Assembly: GCF_035084215.1 (NCBI RefSeq)
Contig: NW_027139666.1
Coordinates: 1,116,001 to 1,180,000, forward strand
DNA: 64,000 nucleotides
Origin: Heptranchias perlo
Lineage: Eukaryota
Direction of reading: 5' to 3'
Of the stretch, positions 54,800 to 64,000 are shown piece by piece. The notes beneath the pieces are model-generated. The model was given only the letters and a program-made list of their open reading frames with translations. It ran no database searches and was not told where the DNA came from. How positions within the stretch are numbered: the stretch's first letter is position 1; every line of letters begins with the position of its first letter. A program made the position numbers and the translations under genes.

Positions 54800-55645
54800 G
54801 ACAAGTCTCTGTCCATCCCGGTCCCTGAATCTATCCAGTCCCCAAACAGGACCTGGGTCTGTCCATCCCGGCCCCTGAATCTATGCAGTCCCTCGACAGG
54901 ACCTGGGTCTGTCCATCCCGGTCCCTGAATCTATCCAGTCCCCACACAGGACCTGGGTCTGTCCATCCCGTTCCCTGAATCTATCCAATCAATCGACAGG
55001 ACCTGGGTCTGTCCATCCCGGCCCTTGAATCTATCCAATCCCTCGACAGGACCTGGGTCTGTCCATCCCGGTCCCTGAATCGATCCAGTCCCGAAACAGG
55101 ACCTGTGTCTGTCCATCCCGGTCCCTGAATCTATCCAATCCCTCGACAGGACCGGGGTCTGTCCATCCCGGTACCTGAATCGATCCAATTTCACACTGAC
55201 TCCAGCTCTAATTCAATTCATAATAGCCACAAATGACCAATCTCCATCCATCCATGTCCCTGAATCTATCCAGTCCCCAATGACCTCAGCTCTGATTAAA
55301 CACATTGTACCCACACAGGAACTGTCTCTGTCCATTCCGGTCCCTAAATCTATCCAGTCCCCACACAGGACTTGGGTCTGTCCATCCCGGCCCCTGAATC
55401 TATGCAGTCCCCTCACAGGACCTGGGTCTGTCCATCCAATACCTGAATCTATCCAGTCCCCACACAAGACCTGGGTCTGTCCATTCCGTTCCCTGATTCT
55501 GTCCAGTCCCAATGACTTCAGCTCCAATAAACACATTGTACCCACACAGGAACTGTCTCTGTCCATCCCAGGACCTGAATCTATCCAGTCCCCACACAGG
55601 ATCATTCTCCATCCATCCCAGTGCCTGATTCTATCCAGTCCCATA
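54800..55645. repeat. 50-bp minisatellite, divergent variant with interrupted units
   Basis: GGACCTGGGTCTGTCCATCCCGGTCCCTGAATCTATCCAGTCCCCACACA; same position as 33305-34495. Confidence 0.92.
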
Positions 55646-56176
55646 CTGACCGAAGTACGGAAATGTATAGAGTGCCTTCCACACCGATTTATGTTTATTG
55701 GACTATTGGGCGCCTCCTGTCAGCTACAAATCTGAAACTAAAACTGTCCCTCTTCCAACGGTTCCGTAGCGGCATTGATTGATTTTATTATGATAGTGAT
55801 TGTATTGGAACTGTAGTGTGCCTCATTTATTGAATTTAAATTATATATTCCGCCTTTTTTTCTGGAAATCCTTGAATATCAAGCCGGAGTCTGTAAGGAT
55901 TGTGTCTGAATTTGTATTTCCTATTTGAGGCTGGTGAAAATTTTATAAAGGACGGTAACTAAATGCTGGAGGCGGAGCTTGAAGTTTCACGTCCGCTTGT
56001 CCGTCATTCTAAGCCAGTCTCCTCCTCTCCCGCACTTCATGCTCTGTCTGTCATTCAAACACTCCTCCCCGCCCTCTCGGATATGTGCCTTTCTCAACCA
56101 GTTCGGGGCGGGCTTGATAAATACAGAAGAAAGGCGAGAGTCTTTCATTCAGCAGCGATCTGAGTGAAGAATCATC

Positions 56177-57722
<1,546 letters not shown>

Positions 57723-59047
57723 ACGACTCGACCCTTTCTAACCGGACACAAAACAAAGGCTCTTCTAAGAGCCACCCACCGCCTCACAGAGAGAGCACTG
57801 ACCTGGGAACTGGTGCGGGGTTATGTGGGGCTGGGGAATAGTTTTATAATTAAAGAGTTTTCTGTGACACACAGTACGGTGAAGTGGGATCGGCGGCGAG
57901 CGGCACCGGTTACTGAGAGGGAACTTTCCCTTATTGAGTGCACTGAATTGTCCAGGGAACGTTACAAGTGAGTTTACCCCGAGCCGAATTCCCCACTCAG
58001 TGAATTGTTCCTTCACTCCAGTCGCTCTGTTTTGGTTCTATTTATCAGTCAGATATTGTGATGTGGGACCGGGGGTTTCCATGGGAGAACAGGTTGAGCT
58101 GAGCCGCTGTGATAAGGGCCCAGCTTGTGATATGGATTTTCCCTCTGACGGTTGTTTCTGACTCTGATACTGAGAGGGTTTGTGAAATTGAACCGTTTGA
58201 GCTCAGTCATTGGGGACCTGGAATTACCACAGGCCCAACTGGCAAAGCCAGCTCTAAACTGGGGCTACTTCTCATTGGTTGCTTTGCTAGAAAAATAATT
58301 TCCATAACCAATCGGAGAGTCGACAATAAGAAAACGGACAAATTATTGGCCACAATTGACCGATTTTTAAAAATTTGAAAAAGGCCGCCAATTTCAGTGT
58401 ATGAAATAAGTGAATTACTCGGCCATGTCGTTTTTACACAAAGACTTAAAATCTCTTTGTAATAATGTTATTCCGTATTACACGTCCCAAATTCCGAGCG
58501 CTGTTTCAAAAACACATTGTCTATAACTTGCGGAATATAACCCCAATCATAGATTGCTGATATGGACAAATTTCACTTCTACCTGTAAAAATAACAAATT
58601 CCAGGTTATCAATTGATTCCGTTGCAGGGACTGAACAGGAACCATGTGTCCTGAAAACGGAATCATTGACGAAGCCTGAAAATGAGCTAATTCTTTTCTC
58701 CAATCGTTCTTTCTGGATTGTGACACTGCGGGGAACGTGCTGCTAATATGCGGGATATTAAGATCAGTAATTAATTACTTCAGAGATTGGCTCCACAGTG
58801 AGAAAGAGGAAGGAACTGAATTCTGATCCATAGCCCTGAAAGTGGTGATTCACGGGAAAACCAGGGGCGGTGTAAATCTGAATGAGAGCGATAGCAAAGC
58901 AAAAGGGAATTGAACGGACCCCGGATCCGAGTTCACTTTATTGGGCAGTAAATTCAACAGAGACAAACATTAAAATGGAGTAGTTTTACTGACTTTCTTT
59001 CAATTTATCTACCAGATTCAAAGGATGATGACAGAGTAAAGCAGCAA

Positions 59048-61950
59048 TTCTGTATCTGTCAGTCTCTGGTGCCGTATGTGAGTGGGATTCATTCTGAATC
59101 TGTCAGTCTCTGGTACTGTGTGTGACTGTGGGATTCATTCTGTATCTGTCAGTCTCAGGTACTGTGTGAGTGTGGGATTCATTCTGTATCTGTCAGTCTC
59201 TAGTACTGTGTGTGAGTGTGTGATTCATTCTGAATCTGTCAGTTTCTGGTACTGTGTGTGAGTGTGGGATTCATTCTGTGTCTGTAAGTCTCGGGTACTG
59301 TGTGTGAGTGTGGGATTCATTCTGTGTCTGCAAGTCTCGGGTACTGTGTGTGAGTGTGGGATTCATTCTGTGTCTGTCAGTCTCTGGTGCTGTGTGTGAG
59401 TGTGGCATTCATTCTGTATCGATCAGTCTCTGGAACTGTATTTGAATGTGGGATTCATTCTAAATCTCTCAGTCTCTTGTCCTGTGTGTGAATGTGGGAT
59501 TCCTTCTGGATCTGTCCGTCTCTGGTACTGTGTGTGAGTGTGGGATTCATTCTGTATCTGTCTGTCTCTGGTACTGTATTTGAATGTGGGATTCAATCTA
59601 AATCTGTCAGTCTCTTGTCCTGTGTGTGAGTGTGGGATTCATTCTGGATCTGTCAGTGTGTGGTACTGTGTGTGTGCGTGCGATTCATTCTGTATCTGTT
59701 AGTCTCTGGTACTCTCTGTGAGTGTGAGATTCATTCTGTATCTGTCAGTCTCTGGTACTGTATTTGAATGTGGGATTCAATCAAAATCTGTCAGTCTCTT
59801 GTCCTGTGTGTGAGTGTGGGGTGCATTCTGTATTTGTCAGTCTCTGGTACTGTGCGTGAGTGTGTGATTTATTCTGTATTTGTCAGTTTCTGGTCCTATG
59901 TGTGAATGTGTCGTACATTTTGAACCTGACAATGTCTGCTACTGTATGTGAGTGTGGGATTAATCATTTTTCTATCAGTTTCTTGTCCGGGATGTGAGTG
60001 TGGGATTCTTTCTATCTCGGCAATCGCTGGTTATGTATGAGTGTAGAATTCATTCTGTATCTGTCAATCTCTGGTAAAGTATGTGAGTGCTCGATTCATT
60101 CTATTTCTGACAGTTTCTGGTGATGTGCGTGAGTGTGGGATTCATTCTGTATCTGTCAGTCTCTCGGACTGTGTGTGAGTGTGGGATTCATTCTGTATCT
60201 GTCAGTCTCTGGTGCTGTGTGTGAGTGTGGGATTCATTCTGTATCTGTCAGTCTCTGGTGCTGTGTGTGAGTGTGGGATTCATTCTGTATCTCTCAGTCT
60301 CTGGTGCTGTGTGTGAGTGTGGGATTCATTCTGTATCTGTCAGTCTCTGGTGCTGTGTGTGAGTGTGGGATTCATTCTGTATCTGTCAGTCTCTGGTACT
60401 GTGTGAGAGTGTGGGGTTAATTCTGTAGTTGTCAGTCTCTGGTACTGTGTGTGAGTGAGGGATTTATTCTGTATCTGTCAGTCTCCTGTACTGTGTTCGA
60501 ATGTAGGATTCATTCTGGATCTGTCCGTCTCTAATACTGTGTCTGAGTGTGGGATTCATTCTGTATCTGTCAGTCTCTGGTCCTGTGTGTGAGTGTGGGA
60601 TTCATTCTGTATCTGTCAGTCTCAGGTACTGTGTGAGTGTGGGATTCATTCTGTATCTGTCTCTCTCTGGTGCTGTTTGTGAGCTTGGGATTCATTCTCT
60701 ATCTGTCTGTCTCTGGTACTGTATGTGAGTGTGAGATTCATTCTTAATCTGTCAGTCTCTGGTCCTGTGTGTCAGTGTGGGATACATTCTGTATCTGTCA
60801 GTCTCTGGTACTGTGTGTGAGTGTGCGATTCATTCTGTATCTGTTAGTCTCTGGTACTCTGTGTGAGTGTGAGATTCATTCTGTATCTGTCTGTCTCTGG
60901 TGCACTACATGAGCGAGGGAATCATCTGGTTACTGTCAGTCTCTGATACTGTGTGTGAGTGTGGGATTGATTCAAAGCCTGTCAGTCCCTGGTACTCTAT
61001 GTGTCAGTGTGATTCATTCTGAATCTTTCAGTCTCTGGTCCTGTGCGTGAGTGTGTGATTTATTCTGTATTTGTCAGTTTCTGGTCCTGTGTGTGAATGT
61101 GTGGTACATTTTGACCCTGACAGTGTCTGCTACTCTCTGTGAGTGTGGGATTAATCATTTTTCTATCAGTTTCTTGTCCGGGATGTGAGTGTGGGATTCT
61201 TTCTATATAGGCAATCTCTGGTTATGTATGAGTGTAGAATTCATTCTGTATCTGTCAATCTCTGGTAATGTATGTGAGTGCTCGATTCATTCTATTTCTG
61301 TCAATCTCTGTACTATAAGCGAGTGTGGGTTTAACTCAGCATCTGTCAGTCTCTGATACTGTGTGTGAGTGTGGGATTCATTCTGTATCCGTCAGTCTCT
61401 GGTACTGTGTGTGAGTGTCGGATTCATACTGTATCTGTAAGTCTCTGGTACTGTGTGCTGGTAAGATTCATTGTGTTTCTCTCAGCCTCTGGTAATGTGT
61501 GTGAGTGTGCGATTCATTCTGTATCTGTCAGTCTCTGGTACTGTATGTGAGTGTGGGATTCATTCTGCATCTGTCTGTCTCTGGTACTGTGTGTGGGTGT
61601 GAGATTCATTCTGTATCTGTCAGTCTCTCGGACTGTGTGTGAGTGTGGGATTCATTCTGTATCTGTCAGTCTCTCGGACTGTGTGTGAGTGTGAGATTCA
61701 TTCTGTATCTGTCAGTCTCTGGTGCTGTGTGTGAGTGTGTGATTGATTCAGTATATTTATGTCTGGTGCTGTGTGTTAGTGAGATTCATTCTGTCTCTCA
61801 ACCTCTGGTAATGTGTGTGAGTGAGATTGCTTCTGTTTCTGTCTGTCCCTGGTAATGTATGCGTGTGTGATTAATTCTGTATCTGTCAGTCTCTGGTACA
61901 GTGAGAATCTGGGATTCATTCAGGATCTGTCAGTCTCTGGTACAGTACAA
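59048..61950 (-). repeat. Long 46-bp satellite array (~60 units), reverse orientation
   Basis: Near-perfect units at 60130-60400; divergent monomer blocks are repeated. Confidence 0.96.
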
Positions 61951-64000
61951 AAGTCTGGATTAATTCCTTGTCTGTATTTTAATTGGAGATCAGTTGACAG
62001 TTTGGTGTTTGAAACTCTATCTTGTATATATAAACCTATAAATAGTTTTCCCCATAGTAGTTAATTTTGTAAATATCGTGCACGTTAGAATTTCTTGCTG
62101 CAGGTTTTAATGAGAAAAACTGTGTGCTTTTTGGACCGATATTAAACCTGTATCACAGCGAGCACGAATGGAATTAATACTGGATCTCAGTCTCAAACTG
62201 AGATTTTTGGATTGCTCTGTAAGGTGTAGCTCAATCTGCACTAATGCAATTGCTACTCTATCTTTCAGGTTGTCACTGTACGAGACTTTAGCACTTCTAT
62301 GTAATGTGTTGCTCTGGATCTAATCGAATTGAAATTGTAACTTTCAGTTTCATAAAATGAGTGAGTTCTGAACTGGTATCTGATTTTGTTTCTCAGGTTA
62401 TACTGTCTTTAAGAATCTCTCACTCTGATACTGTATGTGAGTTTTGGACTTGTATGTACTTTGTATCTCAGGTTACAGAATTGTGATGGATACTGCATCT
62501 TTTAATGTCATAATGAGTGTGAGTTCTACTCGTTATTTGAGATGAATCTTGGGTTACATTATTGGGGCTAATGCTGTATCTTTCAATTGGACACCGTGTG
62601 TCAGTTCTATCTGTTATTTAATTTCTAGCTTAGGCCACACTATTGGGAAATTGACACATTGCATTTCAATCTGATGGTGGGTGTGATATTGGACTGGGAT
62701 TTATGGATCGACCTGGCAGTTGTACTGAGTTGGGTTGAAATGGAAACAACATCTGCCTCTCCTCTGACTGTTGAATTGAAAGTGTGTCTGTGGTACTTGG
62801 GATCAGTGTGGGACTGACTACTTCTACTGTCTGAGACTGTGGAACTGATGACCTGCTGTGCCTCCGTGCAATGTGTGTGATAATGTACCTACTGTGTGTG
62901 AGAAGCTGGCTGCACTCTTCCTTGTGCCTCGAGTGGAGGAAACATCACATTTATTCTGGGTCCTTCAAAGATTTGCCTGGAGAAAGAAAAAGTATTTCTT
63001 GTAATTGAAGAAGACATGAGTTGGAAAATACAAAGTGATCAATTTAATCTCTGTTAAAAATCATTATGAAAACCAGCCATACAAACAGTGTCAGTGTCTG
63101 ATTCCACTGCAGTACTGCAGCACTCAGCTTCTGCACACCAGGTTTGCTAAAACAATTTAATGACATCCAGAAACAACCCAACGCCTCCACTGGTCAATGA
63201 AAGGGACTGCCCGATGGGGCAGGGACTTTTGTCCAGGTCAGGGTTCTCATCCCGTCTCCCATGGGATCAACCGTTCAACCGAAACCAAACAACCGCTGTT
63301 TAAAATGTGTCCTTCACACTTCTCACCTGGTGCCTGCAATAGATGCTCTTTGTATAACTCCCCACATCCTTACTGTCCGGCTCTGTTTCCACTCTTCACT
63401 GTCCAATAACAATAAACAGGGTGAGACTGGAACGAAACCAGGAACATTCACTACTGGTTTGGGGAGAGAAAGCAGCAATGATTTTAAATAGCAGGTTCTT
63501 CCCATTCTCTCTCCCTTCACCTGGACACACCCTGTACACAAACAGCCCGAGAATGACCTCTCCCTTCCCCCGCTCACTCAATGTTGCGGGACCAGTTCCT
63601 GAACCACTCCGCCTCTCACAAACAGCCCCCAAACTCTCCCTGCCGTTCCCGCGGACTCAATGCCGATCTCTGAGCCCATCTGCGGACACGGTCCTGAAGC
63701 GATGAGCTGCTGTAACGAGGCTGCTCTTTGCTCCCTTCCCCCGGGGGCCGTGATCTCTCCATTCCAGGCTGTTTTAAACCATCTTCTTCCGCTCACGAAG
63801 GGAATGGCGCCCACAGGCCGAGCTGGGGGAGTGGAGCGCATGCGCTCTTCTGCTCACCAACAATCAGCCCTGGGGGCGGAGCTGAGTCGCGCATGCGCAG
63901 ATATCAGGTTTACTTCCCAAGACAAAAATCGATGGAAACTTTGCCCAATTGTAATTTTTCAGAGTCTGAGCAAAGGAGGTGGGTCTGGGGGAAAGGTCAG
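61950..64000 (-). repeat. Inverted segmental copy of ~14375-16340 (CpG promoter, candidate exons 1-3, start of satellite)
   Basis: 63961-64000 is the near-exact reverse complement of 14375-14414; exon copies at 63327-63426 and 62893-62976. Confidence 0.92.

Overview
Vertebrate replication-dependent histone gene cluster. The repeat families and histone tails look like cartilaginous fish (shark-type); this is inference only. There is one full quintet (H2B+ H2A+ H3- H4- H1-, 4.8-12.3 kb) and two rearranged H2B-H2A-H4 trios (31-35 kb, 52-58 kb), plus an H2A pseudogene and a tRNA-Gly(TCC) gene with three decayed copies. Many histone copies carry lesions. The window is built from nested direct and inverted segmental duplications filled with 46-bp, ~82-bp and 50-bp satellites and CR1/L2 LINE debris. 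Three observations stand out. (1) Five insertions of one Penelope-like (GIY-YIG) retroelement family carry minimal hammerhead ribozymes; they include an 827-bp-arm palindrome between convergent H2A and H3 and a 212-bp hairpin made only of ribozyme-bearing termini. (2) A Tx1-type LINE is inserted inside an H4 coding sequence with a 14-bp TSD. (3) A candidate non-histone, five-exon spliced gene (CpG promoter, ~119 aa, satellite-filled intron) is carried in the repeat unit and is invisible to the ORF track. Coordinates were counted by eye; repeat and duplication boundaries are approximate.
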